From positions 53,318,786 to 53,382,785 of the forward strand of contig JARDVH010000059.1 of NCBI GenBank assembly GCA_030324005.1: DNA of 64,000 nucleotides, given 5' to 3'. Positions 24,121 through 37,400 of this stretch are shown one piece after another; position 1 is the stretch's first letter; every line of letters begins with the position of its first letter. A program made the translations under genes and the position numbers. Source of the stretch: Negaprion brevirostris. Lineage: Eukaryota. The notes beneath the pieces were generated by a model. It was not told where the DNA came from. It was given only the letters and a program-made list of their open reading frames with translations, and searched no databases.

Positions 24121-26696
24121 GGGAGAGATGGCTATTGCCCGTAATGCTCCATAGTCTAGCCCAGAGATTGTCACTGGATCCCTGGAGATGAGTGAATGAA
24201 GCTGGATGGGAGGCATAGGGATTGCCAGTGAGGGGTAGCGCTAGGATCAGAGGCATGGGCTTACAGTGTCCCTGATGCCAAATCACTCAATCTGATACTG
24301 AATGCCTGTCAGTGATGGGATCCCCCCCAGAAGGCCACAGGCTAACCCAAGTGGGTGGTCTTGGAGAAGCATGGGAGAGTTGTGAGGGACCTATTTAATC
24401 CCTGAACCACCACTAATTCCGGTGGGCTCAGGGGATAATCGTCTCAAGTGGATCTTCAATGAGTCTGACAGCCTACTGCTGTTAGCAACTTCAGTAGGCA
24501 TAGCTTTCATGATGCAGGTACTCCTGCCTGATGAAGGTATTCCTGGCTCACTTGCTATCATGCTTGCTCTGGTTGGCTCCATTAAATCATGCTCCATATG
24601 CCAGATTTATGTTCATTTAGTTGATTTCAGCAAGGGCTCCTAAATGGGTACTGCCAGTGGTGTCTGGGTTTGATAAGGTAAAATTGATCAGGGTTGTTCC
24701 TGATCACAGTTCAGTGACCTATACAGTGATCCAATTGCCTATAGTGTTTCCCACATTACAACAGAGTCCACACTTCAAAAGTACCTAATTGTCTGCAAAG
24801 TTCTTTGATAAGTCATGGGGTCACAAAAGGCAAAGATCATGATGCAAATACAAATCGTTCCTTCATTTCTGCATATGAGGGCTTTGGGTACTAACGGTGC
24901 TCGGCTGTAACTGTCCATATGAATGAATACTTCAATCATATTCAGTGCTAAGGCTCAAGAATGATAATTAGCCAAGTGAATGAGTTACAAGAAAACACCT
25001 GATTTTCTTGTTATCCTACTCTGATAAGAAGTCAACGCTTTGGGGAGAAAAAAATATTGATGGGGAAAGAAGTAGATTTCAAATAGGAAAGTCATTTGAT
25101 AGATTTTTTATTGATTTCGAAGAGGTGACACATCAATAGCGAGGGATATATATGCCGAGTGGTTAAGATACTAGGCCAACAACCAGAGTCCAGCATGGCC
25201 AATTATGAACTTGAATTCAATAAATCTGATAATTTTATGACCGGAAAAGACAATTAACAGCTTGAAAAACAATTGACTTACTCACCTCATTCTGAGGTGG
25301 GAATCCCAGTGNNNNNNNNNNACATGTGACATTACCTGGTTGCTGTCATAGCAGCTAGGGATGGGCAATAAATGATTTAACCCATAGCCAGAGATTGTTA
25401 AAGACCCTTGTGTTGGGGTCGTAGAAATGCTGGGGCAATAATTTAGCACCAGCTTTCAGGTAGTGTTTCACCATGCTTGCATTGGGATTTTGCACAGCTC
25501 CATGGAACAGTAATTGTTATTATATGCTTTGGGGCTTCTAGGGTGTGTTCTGTCTTCTCTGGAAATGGAGCTGCTTTGCTGCAGTGAAACGAAGACGTCC
25601 AGATATGGTCGGATCTTGTCAATATATAACCTCAAGAAGGGTGTCTCTGGAATTCTTAAGGCTTTGTATCTTGGAGTCAGAAGAAACATTTTAANNNNNN
25701 NNNNNNNNNNNNNNNNNNNNNNNNNNNNNNNNAAGAAACTTTTATTTCTGTTGTAGATCTTTTTCAATTCCAGTTATGGTTTTAGTTTTATTTAGCCTGT
25801 GATACCACTTGCCAATTGTGGAGTTTGTCTCCCAAGTGCAATGGCCTTCAATGCTAGGATGCTCATTCCTTTGAAATTCTGGCAGCTGGGGAATGGGTTG
25901 TACTGTTTGGAGGATTCATAAAAAGGATGTTTGCTTGTATCAGGACTGACTGACTCTTCCTCACTGTTGTACAGAAAGTGTGAACCATAGTTTCTGTCGG
26001 ACTTATCTAGGATATGGCATAGGAGGCGTGCTTAGGAAGACCACCCATCAAGCTGGGATTTAACACTCATAGTGGCATGTGGATGCCTCAGCAGATAACC
26101 TGGCCTGAGGGAATGGATCTTGAAGGAGCACAAGCACAATGACAAGCAGATGTACAATCTTCATCCCAAACTGAGTGTCAGTAAGTGACTGTGCATCATG
26201 CATCTAATTTGCTTTAAATTGAATTGAAATGTTGCAAGGTGCGACTGTTTCAAAGACTCCAATTTGGCATTACATGTTCCTGTCCTGAGGCATGGTATGC
26301 ATACGATACAAATGATACAAAGAGTGAGCTGTAAGGATGCAAAAGGGTTTGAGGTTGGTGAGGAATATAGGTGAAATAGACAATACTTTGTTTCCCTGCC
26401 AGATTCATGTGTGTGCTGTCTCATCATCAGCAACCACAAATGGTCCCTTGGTGTCTTCAGGGAGGGTACCTTTTAAGTGTCAAGTTTGAACACCCTTCCA
26501 TCCTAACATCCATTCTATGCAGTCCCATTGCATGTAGCTGTTACTGAAAGAGAGTGATTGTTGTATCATTTATCCATTTTCACACACAATTAGTTTCATG
26601 CTGTTATTTTGGATTTCCCAGTTCTTCTGACTGCACAGAGAAATCCCTATTGCCCAACCAACTGCTTCCCAAATTGCTGTAATTTTTGCTATTTAG

Positions 26697-26902
26697 CATG
26701 GTGGCACGGTGCTCAGCGCTGCTGTCTCACAACGCCAGGGACCTGGGTTCAATTCCAGCCTTGGGTGACTGTGTGAAGTTTGTATGTTCTCCTCATGTCA
26801 GCATGGGTACCCTCCCGGGGTTAAGGGAATAAGATGCTCAATCAGTGCAGACTTGATGGGCCAAATGGCCACCTTCTGCAGTGTAGGGATTCTATGATTC
26901 TA
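26697..26902 (+). mobile_element. tRNA-derived SINE, internally deleted, with a CR1-type tail
   Basis: catggtggcacggtg (A box), gggttcaattcc (B box), tail gtagggattctatgattcta. Confidence 0.85.
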
Positions 26903-27017
26903 GCTGAAGCTAACAATATACGATCAAATGTTAGGATTTTAAAATGGAAAATTAATTAACCTTGATCCACATTCCCTGGCTTCTAAGCCTATTTCACCTC
27001 TTAATTCCTAATGTGTA

Positions 27018-27111
27018 ATGCCATGGGAAATCTTTGGCCACTTACACCTAATAGTAGCCTATATTCTGGTGAAAAATGTGAACACTCAGTTGAGTACACA
27101 AGTAGAAATGC
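27018..27111 (+). CDS. Candidate alternative first coding exon of DTNA (unconfirmed)
   Basis: gccATGG at 27020-27026 opens MGNLWPLTPNSSLYSGEKCEHSVEYTSRN-GC|gtaagt (phase 2, in frame with the A-ATG start of exon 59226). A second open frame from ATG 27018 ends ...QVEM-C|gtaagt (phase 1). Non-repetitive context. Confidence 0.35.
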
Positions 27112-30094
27112 GTAAGTAATGTTAAGAAATGACGACGATTGATTAAAATTAAATTAATTCAATTAGATTGTTATTCTTGTAAAAGATTCCAATACCAGGA
27201 AGCGCAGAAATAACAGAATTAATAATTTGGAACATGGATGTTAATAAAAAATTTTTTTAAAATGATCATTGCAATGAAACTAATAAATGACAATCAACTT
27301 AATTTCAGAAGTGGGAGGACTTGCTTGCCAAATTTAGGCTGTGCTTGCTTGGATCTCCTAGGGAACATGCAAGATCATCAAGATTTGAATTTCACACTCT
27401 CCCACCAGTGGGTTTTAGGCAGGAGGGGAGCAGGAAAATGAAGGAATGGGATTCCTTCTGGGTTCCTGCCTTCCCAACCCCTCAATGAATTAATTCTGGC
27501 GTGGGCAAGGCCTTGGATGCGCCTTAAGTGCCTCCATGTTTAGGCTGGTAGCAGGTTATACCTAGTGCAGGGCAAGCTTAAAAATGAGCAGGCATAGGCC
27601 TCAGGGTGGAAGAGTGTCTCTATCAGGAGCATCCTTCTGACTTTGGGCAACCCTTAAGGACCAGTGATGGCTGGACCATCTTCCATCCCACTGACCTTCC
27701 CTCTGACACCTCAATTGTTCACTTTCCAATGCCCATTCCCCCTCCCCCTCCCCCAAGCCTTCCCTACCCTCTCTACCCTGAGACCCCCAAAACTTACCTT
27801 GCTGTCTGGTCCTGGGACTTGGGCTGTAGCATGTTGAAGCATTCTACTTCTGTCCACTACAGCTCCTGTTGCTGCAAGGACCAGAGTGCTGCTGGCCAAA
27901 CAGCTTCTAGTGTGAAATGGCTGTGGGGCTCAGGAAAGTAAAATAGAATGGGAGAAAAATAGAGTGAGATAAGTTTGCTGATGACTCTTACTCCACATCC
28001 AACACACAGTCACCAGTTCAGAGTTAAGTTAGTTTTAAACAGAATGGATGTTAACATTTTAAGATTCTTAACGGCTTGTGTAGACAAGCCTATGGAATGT
28101 TGCTCCAGAAGTGAGTTACATCACAGCAAACAAAACTCTATTCAGTCATATCCTTGTGAGCTTTTGAAGATGATTCATCTGATGCCTCAAGCTAGAAATG
28201 TTTCTCCCCCGTTTTTTCTGCCTTATCTAAGAGTCAGGGTCTGCAGCTAATGTTGACAGTATGAGACACTGTCATTTTGTGTTTTATATTGCTTGATGTT
28301 TTCTGTTGGCCTTGAGGCAGTAATTGTGAGATAGAAAGTGAACAATGTAATCTAACAGCGTATTCAGCTGAAATGATACAGTATACTGCACCTGTCTAGA
28401 CTTCTTAAGATTAAACTTGAGTTGTAATTAGTTTGGAGTTGTAGTTTTATTTCGTAGTCAAAAGACCATTTTTTATTAGTAAACGGACTGCAATTTCTGT
28501 TTGACATCAGATTTAGGGGCAATGATTTTCGATGGCTGAACTTTTACCTTCTGTCCTGAATGTGGCTTACTTGAAACCAGTAATGTCACTTGTCCCATGG
28601 GAGGGAGGTTGTTGAGAAATTCATTGTTGTTGTATTTTTTTAAAAAGGGTTTTNNNNNNNNNNNNNNNNNNNNNNNNNNNNNNNNNNNNNNNNNNNNNNN
28701 NNNNNNNNNNNNNNNNNNNNNNNNNNNNNNNNNNNNNNNNNNNNNNNNNNNNNNNNNNNNNNNNNNNNNNNNNNNNNNNNNNNNNNNNNNNNNNNNNNNN
28801 NNNNNNNNNNNNNNNNNNNNNNNNNNNNNNNNNNNNNNNNNNNNNNNNNNNNNNNNNNNNNNNNNNNNNNNNNNNNNNNNNNNNNNNNNNNNNNNNNNNN
28901 NNNNNNNNNNNNNNNNNNNNNNNNNNNNNNNNNNNNNNNNNNNNNNNNNNNNNNNNNNNNNNNNNNNNNNNNNNNNNNNNNNNNNNNNNNNNNNNNNNNN
29001 NNNNNNNNNNNNNNNNNNNNNNNNNNNNNNNNNNNNNNNNNNNNNNNNCATAGGAATGCAGGATTGGATAACTTAAGAGTTAAAGATAGAGACTGTGTGC
29101 GCACAGTAGCCTGAGCCAGGTTCTAAATTCAGCAGTCTGTTTTCTACCAGGCTGTTACCAAAAGTGCCTTCAGCTCTCCACACTAAAACCAAAAGATTCT
29201 TGTGAAAACATTTACATCTCTGTATTCAACCAGATTACATATGAAGACAGAATGGTATACACAACAGAGTAAGTTTCTATTTAAAGTTATTTGATTGCAC
29301 ATTGATCCTTTAGCTATTTTGTGTGTCTCTGGTATTGAAATATTTTTGTATGTTAAAGTAGTTCAATTAAAAGCTTTTACAAATGCTGTTCGATGCCTCC
29401 TTGAACACAAATTTTGAATGGAGTTGTTTTGTATATCCTCTTTCCAAAACATGTTTTCTCCCTGTGCTGCAGATGTTCTTAAATGGAAATTCCCCTTGCT
29501 TTACTCTCTTGGAAGTATGGCATAATGACTATAAATGGTGTTTTTAAACTGAGCATACTCAATAGATTACTGTCAATAGAATGAAAACTTAAAACAGTCT
29601 CCTATGTGACATTTAGACTATATTTAAACAGCTAATTATTATAGTGAAGTAAACAAGCATACATTTCTGGTTGTCTGATATTAAATAACAGTTCTTGTAT
29701 ATTGGATCTTCTGTACTTTTTTAGAGATCTGTGCAAAGGATGTTTATAGACAAGGATGTATTGCGAAAACTATGGGGAGAATTTTAAGCTTCCTGTGGTG
29801 GATGGTAGAGAGTTGGGGGTGGGGGTACTAAAAATAAAGAATTGTGTAATGTGATCTCCACTCCCTACATACATGTCTGCCACCACTTGTACAACAATGG
29901 GGTGCATGACAGACTCTTGTCTCAGTCTGATAAGTGGGGCATCTCATAATATTTCAGTCAGGCTGCAAAGTTTGGAGTCTGATTTAAATTTAACAATGAC
30001 CAACTAGGTTTCCTAGGACTTGGGGAGCCTGGCAGAAAAGTAGAAATGGGAGCAGTTTGATCAAGCACCTCTGATGATTTTTAGTGCAGAACTT

Positions 30095-30300
30095 GAGTAT
30101 TGTTGAAAAAAAACTGTTGAATCTTTTTGTCTTACACTCATCAGGGCAAAATCATAAGAATATCAAATTTCAAAGGGAACTATTTATACTGCACAAGAAA
30201 AGAGTGCTGATTGGTTGGCAAGTGAACTCTGATTGGTAGAGGTGTTGCTATGGAGAATGCACCACTGAACAGTTAATCCCCAAGCTCCTGTTAGTTGAAA
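30095..30300 (-). mobile_element. Short repeat (probably Penelope-type) with a degenerate hammerhead-like core
   Basis: Minus strand cCTGATGAgtgtaagacAAAAagattc at about 30118-30145. Confidence 0.45.
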
Positions 30301-30304
30301 AATA

Positions 30305-30610
30305 TGGTGACACAATGGTTAACATTGCAGCCTCACAGTGCCAGGAACCCAGGTTCAATTCCGGCCTCGGGTGTAATTGTCAGGGTGGAGTCTGCACTTT
30401 CTCCCCATGTCTGCGTGAGTTTCCTCTGGGTGCCCTGGTTTCCTCCCAAAGTCGGGTCAGGTTGATTGGCCATGCTAAATTGACCCTAGTGTCAGTGGGA
30501 TTAGCAGGGTAAATGCGTGAGGTTATGGGAATAAGGCCTGGATAGGATTGTGGTCAATTCAGACTCGATGGGCTGAATGGCCTCCTCTGTACTGTAGGGA
30601 TTCTATGATA
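30305..30610 (+). mobile_element. Full-length tRNA-derived SINE with a CR1-type tail (3' fragment also at about 31632-31830)
   Basis: A/B boxes, body ttggccatgctaaattg, tail ctgtagggattctatga. Confidence 0.85.
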
Positions 30611-31149
30611 TTGANNNNNNNNNNNNNNNNNNNNNNNNNNNNNNNNNNNNNNNNNNNNNNNNNNNNNNNNNNNNNNNNNNNNNNNNNNNNNNNNNNNNNN
30701 NNNNNNNNNNNNNNNNNNNNNNNNNNNNNNNNNNNNNNNNNNNNNNNNNNNNNNNNNNNNNNNNNNNNNNNNNNNNNNNNNNNNNNNNNNNNNNNNNNNN
30801 NNNNNNNNNNNNNNNNNNNNNNNNNNNNNNNNNNNNNNNNNNNNNNNNNNNNNNNNNNNNNNNNNNNNNNNNNNNNNNNNNNNNNNNNNNNNNNNNNNNN
30901 NNNNNNNNNNNNNNNNNNNNNNNNNNNNNNNNNNNNNNNNNNNNNNNNNNNNNNNNNNNNNNNNNNNNNNNNNNNNNNNNNNNNNNNNNNNNNNNNNNNN
31001 NNNNNNNNNNNNNNNNGAATCCAAAAGAAACAATAGCAGATTTGAAAAATCTTTGAAAAGTAATTAGCCACTCATAACTTTTTACTTTCTTAAAATTTGC
31101 TTTCAAACTTTCAGTCATTCAGTTCTCTAACTCATACAGCCACATTAGC

Positions 31150-31440
31150 TCCCAGTTGACCAATGCCCCAATTTTAAAATTTTCACCCATGTTTTCAATC
31201 CTTCCATGGCCTCACCCCTCCCTATCCCTGAATCCTCCTCCAGTCCTACAAGTCTCTGAGATCTCTGCATTTCTCCGATTTTAATCATTTGTGCATCCCT
31301 GATTTTAATCATACTATCAATGGTAGTTGTGGCTTCATAAACCAGGCCCTATTCCTTGGAATTCATTCTTGAGATGTCTCCCCCACTGCTCTATCTCCCT
31401 TTCCTCTTTCAAACCATCTCTTAAAACTTACCTCATTGTC
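31150..31440 (+). mobile_element. L2 LINE 3' relic
   Basis: tttaaaattttcacc...tccatggcctcacccctccctatc (FKI..HGLTPPY) and cttaaaacttacctc; homologous to 62900-63470. Confidence 0.65.
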
Positions 31441-34400
31441 TATGTAATATGTCTTCTTCTGGATTGCCTTCTAAGTGCTCTCCTCACATTTCGCAATTGA
31501 ATTTAAACTTGAATTCAAAACTCTAACATTCTTTCATACATCAAAATCCTTCAGTAAGCCAATGTTCCTCGGTAAGTGCAACTTGCTTCCTGTTTGAAAA
31601 CATATTCATTTCAAGATTTACCTATAAATTCAGTCCAAAGATGTGCAGGTTAGGTGCATTGGCCTTTCTAAATTGCCCCTTTGTGCCCCGAGATGTGTAG
31701 ATTGATGGGATTAGCAGGGCAAATGCATGAAGTTACAGAGAAAAGGCGAGCCTGGGTAAAATGCTCTGTCAGACGTCAGTGCAGAGTTGATGGGACGGAT
31801 GGTCTTCTTTTGCTCTGTAGGGATTCAATGAAATTACTGCTTGTCCTTGTCCCTTCCCATCTGAATGCTCTCTACCTCCCAGCCTACTTTTTGATTACTG
31901 CTCCTTCCACATTATAATCAACAGCTGATTTTTTTCAGTCATTACACTCCTGCTCCCTTAACCATTTCACTTCACTGTTCCTTTTATATACCTCAAAAAA
32001 TTGTTAAAAACACTAAGGCCCCACCCCCACACACAATCCCCATTCCCGAATTCAGTTAACCTTGCTGGGGCTACAGGTTTCTCCTCATTGATAAATGCTT
32101 TCTCCTATGCAAAGTATATTTTACAAATGCAGTAATTTTCTTCAGCTGTGCCAACCACTATTAAGAGAAATTGCTCTTTAACCTCTTATGATCCTTCAAT
32201 GAAAGTAACCCAGATTTCTTGTTGGAACCACGTACTGCAAAAAATATATTTTATATACTTCGTAAGATGAAGGAAAACAAATTGACATTAATGCTTTCGA
32301 ACAATTAATTGATACACTCCAATTTATTGTCATTTTTTAATTTGAATTTGGTTTAAATTGGTTACTGTAGTTTGGTCCTAACTAATGTTCAACTCCACTT
32401 TGTTATTGCATAAACCCCTGTTCTTATTACTACTTCTTCTGATCTTCTACTTGTCCCTTTTGAATTTTTTTTACCTTCTGATGATGAGCAGTCAGTGGGA
32501 AGCCCCATGCTCCATGATGCTTGATTTGGTCCTTTAGCATCACATTCATGAGAACTTGCTGGACTTTTAGAATTTTCTACCATATTGGCAAAGTCCAAAG
32601 TTGGTGGAAAAAGTGGCAACCGAAAGCCATGGTGACTTTTTAACACCATGTAGCATGGGACTTACTTAAAGAAAAGGCAAGCGTAGATTCCGCAACACCT
32701 CACTGGCGGGCAGCCTTTGATTTATCTATCCTGCCATCACCACAGCACTTCAATGATCCAGGCACCATATTAGAAGGCTGCCCCTGCACATAGCGGGCAC
32801 GTGGAGTTCGCCTGGAAGTAATGGCTGTCAAACACAAGGAACACTACTCACCCAGATTCACCCCCAGCAGCACCATAGCACCCTTGCTCAACCCCCTTTC
32901 CACCTCCCTCCCCTGAAGTTGCAGAGCTATACCACGTCCATCGCACTCACCTTTGAGCTCCCCCCAGAGTACTGCTCGCCAGGTGCATGCCTTCTGAGAT
33001 CAGTTGTACATCACACTATTCTGAACACATTATTTGACGTGGGAGTATGATTCCGGCATGTGGGCTCAATGCTAATTTATTACAATGAGGATGTGACGTC
33101 GAACTGCCGGAAACTCACCCTGCCATTGATGGGGGAGGGGACAGTCATGTTTTGTATTAATGTCTGATGCGAAAAGCGCCTTCGGCCTTCCCGTTTTCTG
33201 CTTTCACCACCAAAGCCACCTGACGCAAACCAGAGTTGAAAATCTCAGCTTTTGTTTCCCAATAAATGCAGCTGGCCTTTCATTTCACCTTTTCCAAAGC
33301 ATATTCCAGCTTTATGCTCTCCAATTAGAGCCACTGGTGCTCACTTTGGAGACAGGGTGCCTCTTTGGCTTCATTTGGCTTCTTGCCACGAACTCTGAAT
33401 GCCTCTGGTTTCTTTTTGTATTCAGTAACTGTGGATTTGTCCTCTCTGTGCTCCATGTTAGTTAGTATTAATGGGCATATCTGCTGAATGTGGAGGAGGC
33501 TGATACAGGCCAGGAGAAGAGCCAGAATATTTAGTGTAAGGGCGAGGAGCAGAGCTGGAGCACTTGGCACTTGGCTAGGCTCATCTGGGCTGAAAGCCGA
33601 AGGAAAAGAAACAATGAAACACAAATTCAAACTGGTTCTAGGCTGTTTTCTCCTTTAAATAAAATTATTCATGGTTTAACATTTTCATTGCCAAACCCCA
33701 GGGTAGGGTATGGTGAGAGAGGGGTGGAGTCACATTTTACTTCCCTTTTATGCTTCCATTTCAGGCTGAAATGTGAAACCTAATAATTGACATTTTCAAA
33801 CATTTTTTGCTACTGGTACTAATTCACAGGGGGAAACTAGTGCAAGCTTAATAACTTGATGTAAACTTCAACCACAGGGAAAATTATTAATATGTTGCAA
33901 TAAAATAATAGATTTTCGCATTTAAAATAAAAATGACCACAATGAATGAAGAAGGTGTGTGATAATAGAAGCAAATGTAAAGAACATAAAACAAATTCAG
34001 AAAAATATTAAAACAGAAAATGCAGGAAACATTCAGCAGGTCTGTTCTCTTTTTGCGGATGCTACCAAATATGTCCAGCATTTTCTGTTTTTTATTTCAG
34101 GTTTCCAGAACCCACAGCACTCTGCTTTTGTATTACGGTTTGGAAAAATAAAGTCTGATGTTCAAAGGATTTGCTTTAGCTTCTTGGTTTAATGAACAAT
34201 GATACCCTACAGGACATATAATCACAGCTGATGTTTCTCGTTTTTAATTTTAGATTTTAATTCCACTTACCACCCACAATATTCACTCCTTCCTCTCCTG
34301 GAGATGTGGCTCATGCTCGACTATGATCTGATGCATGCTAACAACCCCCCAATTAACTTTATCCAGTTTTTACAACTGCAATTAATATTGTTTGGGATCT

Positions 34401-37400
34401 TTTTGCAATTGGGAAATAAAACATCAGTATATTTTAATATTGGATAAGGCAAACTAAAACCTTGATTATTTTTGTAAGGTGGCCAATGTGCAGTGGGGGT
34501 GGGATGATGTGTGTGTAGTTGGCAGGGGAGGGGTGGAATAATTTGAACTTTTTGTGAAGGCAAAGAACAAAGTTCTTGTTATACATTTCTCACCATTTTG
34601 CTTTCCATTCAAATCAATGCAAGAATGTGGAGATCAGTTGTACAATTCTTATTTCTGGGTTGGCTGACACAAATACGTGTGGACCAGAAGGATACCACTT
34701 TTATTGCTTACTTACTCAAACTCGCTGTTCCAACAATTTATTAATTATGATTTTACATGTGTTAATGCAAACTTGAGGTTAAACAATTCATATACTTTTT
34801 GAATGGAAAAAATGCTTGTGTTTTTTTTGCTGTTGCTTGCATCATTACTGTGCAATGCTGCAGCCTGATCTAGTCTGCTGAATCTGCTCAACTGCAATTA
34901 TTACCATTTGGGATCCTTCTGGGAGAAGGACAGATGGCACCTTTTAGGACTGAATAAAGTCCGAGTCCTGTGAGTTGTTGGATAGAAAAGCCTTTAGGAT
35001 CCTCACCAGAGAAAGTGGAAAAGCTGCTAACCAAGATTGATGTACATTTATTACCTGGCAGTGTAATTTCATATTTATCTGATTGCTTTAAAAATTTATT
35101 GAACTTCAAGTTTGGAGTAGGTTTTTGCAATGACTCAGTTGACTACGCATAATATTTGAACTTATCAAGGTCTACGAATAAAAGCAAAATACTGCAAATG
35201 ATGGGAGATCTGGAGTAAATCCAGAAAGTGCTGGAAAATCTCAGCAGGTCTGGCAGCATCTATGGAGAGAAAAACAGAGTTAACATTTCAAGTCCAATAT
35301 GACGCTTCAGAACAGAGCATTCTGCAGGAGCCAAAGAATGCTGATTTTGGCTTGATTCACATCAGCTATTGTTGCCAAATGCCTGCTTAGGGGTACTTTG
35401 TTGCCAAATGCCTGTTCAAGGGTACTCAAAACAATATGCAAAGAAAGGCCAGAAGTTTTCAGTTTTTCAGCTAACATTCCAACTTCAAGTAACATTGTTT
35501 CTTCAATGTACACAGTAACAAAATCCCAAGGAGAGCTCATCTGCAGTGTCTTGAAGTAATTACATGTTCCATGGCTTCCTGCAGGATAGCTGGAAAGCAG
35601 TCGGCTGTAGAAAGCCTAATTTTGTACTTTCTAACCCAGAAGTGCTGAAACCAATTTAGTGAGCCCATTCAATTTACTACCTAAACTTAATTAACTTAGC
35701 ATTGATGAAACCTGTTGGCGCCTTTTGTTTTTATGGCTCAGCTATTTAACTGGGAGGAAATCACTGAGCCATTGGAGAAGCTATATTTATAATTTGTATT
35801 GGAATTCTGATTAAGATTTAAACAATTCCACCCAAGCCCACTACATGTTTTCGATTTGGAACACATTTGTGCCTTTATGTAGCAAAACCAAGCAGTCATA
35901 TTAAAAAGATGAATCAGAGTATGAGCTATATGTACTGTGAATTTGTGACCGCATGCAATGTTGCAAGTACGGCTTCATGCAGTACTACAGCAATTTATGG
36001 TTATGTGGAAATCTTTGTGTAAAAGAGCATTTGAGAGCAAGAACTGTGGGTATTTTCAACAAACAAAATAGGTAATTTGGTCCATCAGGGGAAGTTTTCA
36101 AAGCTTAGTCCCTGCCGAAACAGCTTCTTGTTTGGATGCAAGGTTTTCAGTGATGTGGTTCATCCTTCAGTTGCATTTCCCAAGTTTATTTTTCATTTGT
36201 AGGGAGGGGGTAAACACAATAGTTGGATTTTTGTTAGCAAGACACTAGCTGGAGTCAGGAAATTTCCCAACTCTGCAGAATCTCATTTATACAAAGGCCA
36301 ATGCACACTCAGTTCACGTTTCTGCAATCCTGGGCTGATTAGAAGGCTTGCCTCAGTTCTCTGAGACTTCAATCTAACTTTATAAAAGGCTGTTAGGCCC
36401 TCTAGCTCACACCCACCCTTTCATGCCAACTCATACAACCTATGCCTCCTCCACAGAACATCATACTTCATGTTGCCTTGGACCCCCATGCCCCACTATG
36501 CCATCTCATAACCCCCAAGTCACCACCTAAGCCACTCACCAGTGTGGAGATGAAAAAAATAAATTTCTGTCAATCTGATAGAGCTCCCATTCGTAATACA
36601 CTTGATACAGCAAAAATACTCTCATGCATGAGACCCATTCAAGAATTTTCAATACAGTCAAGTGGTCATTCTGTTATGAAAACAAACTTCTATTCAATAA
36701 CCACATCAGAGACAGTTAGTCGAGTCTTTAACGTCCTCTTAAGAGTGTCAGTCAAGATGTTTACTCAGATGCACAGCTAAGACAATTAGACTTGAACCTT
36801 TTGAAACTCAGCTAAACATTCATAATGGGCTATAATGCAATAATAGCCCTTGGGAAATGTTAACGTGATGGGCTGAATTTTCCCAAAAATCAGCGAAAGC
36901 TGATAGCAAACAGGAAAAACGGCATTGAAGCCGGTGATTGTCATGGCAGCTATCTCTGCTGTGTCATCCCATGTTTAGAAAAAAAGCAAGTGGTGGGTAC
37001 CAAGACATCACTGGCAGGGCGGTCTCTGATTTACCCCTCCCCCTTCCATCTCCTAATCAACCTAGTCTCTTAATCAAGATACAATTTTTAAAGGCAGTGC
37101 CAGGGTGCAGTGCTAGGGGTCAGTAACTGGGCAATGCCATGAAGCAGTGCCCAGGCATGATCCTCTTCTTCCTAAGTCATGCGTTCAGCTATGCACCTTG
37201 GTGAGGTTTACTTGCCAGATACATGCCTTGGGAGACCAGTCGGATTTTGCATTGTTCTACCCTCACGCTGAGGTGTGTGGGTTTTCTGATGGTGAGGGAA
37301 TGATTCAGATATAGAGGCCTGATAATGATATGCTAATTCATTCAAATGATGTTCCCAATGATGAACATCAGAAAATGCAATGATGGAGGGAGGAGCCAAT

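Noticed and set aside
24527-24560. CTGATGA as another hammerhead core
   Set aside because: No stem II followed by GAAA.
26697-26770. tRNA genes (also about 700-765 and 30305-30370)
   Set aside because: A/B boxes continue into a SINE body and tail, with no intact cloverleaf.
35370-35427. Two tandem 29-bp units starting tgttgccaaatgcctg
   Set aside because: Simple local tandem duplication with no spacers or array; not CRISPR-like.
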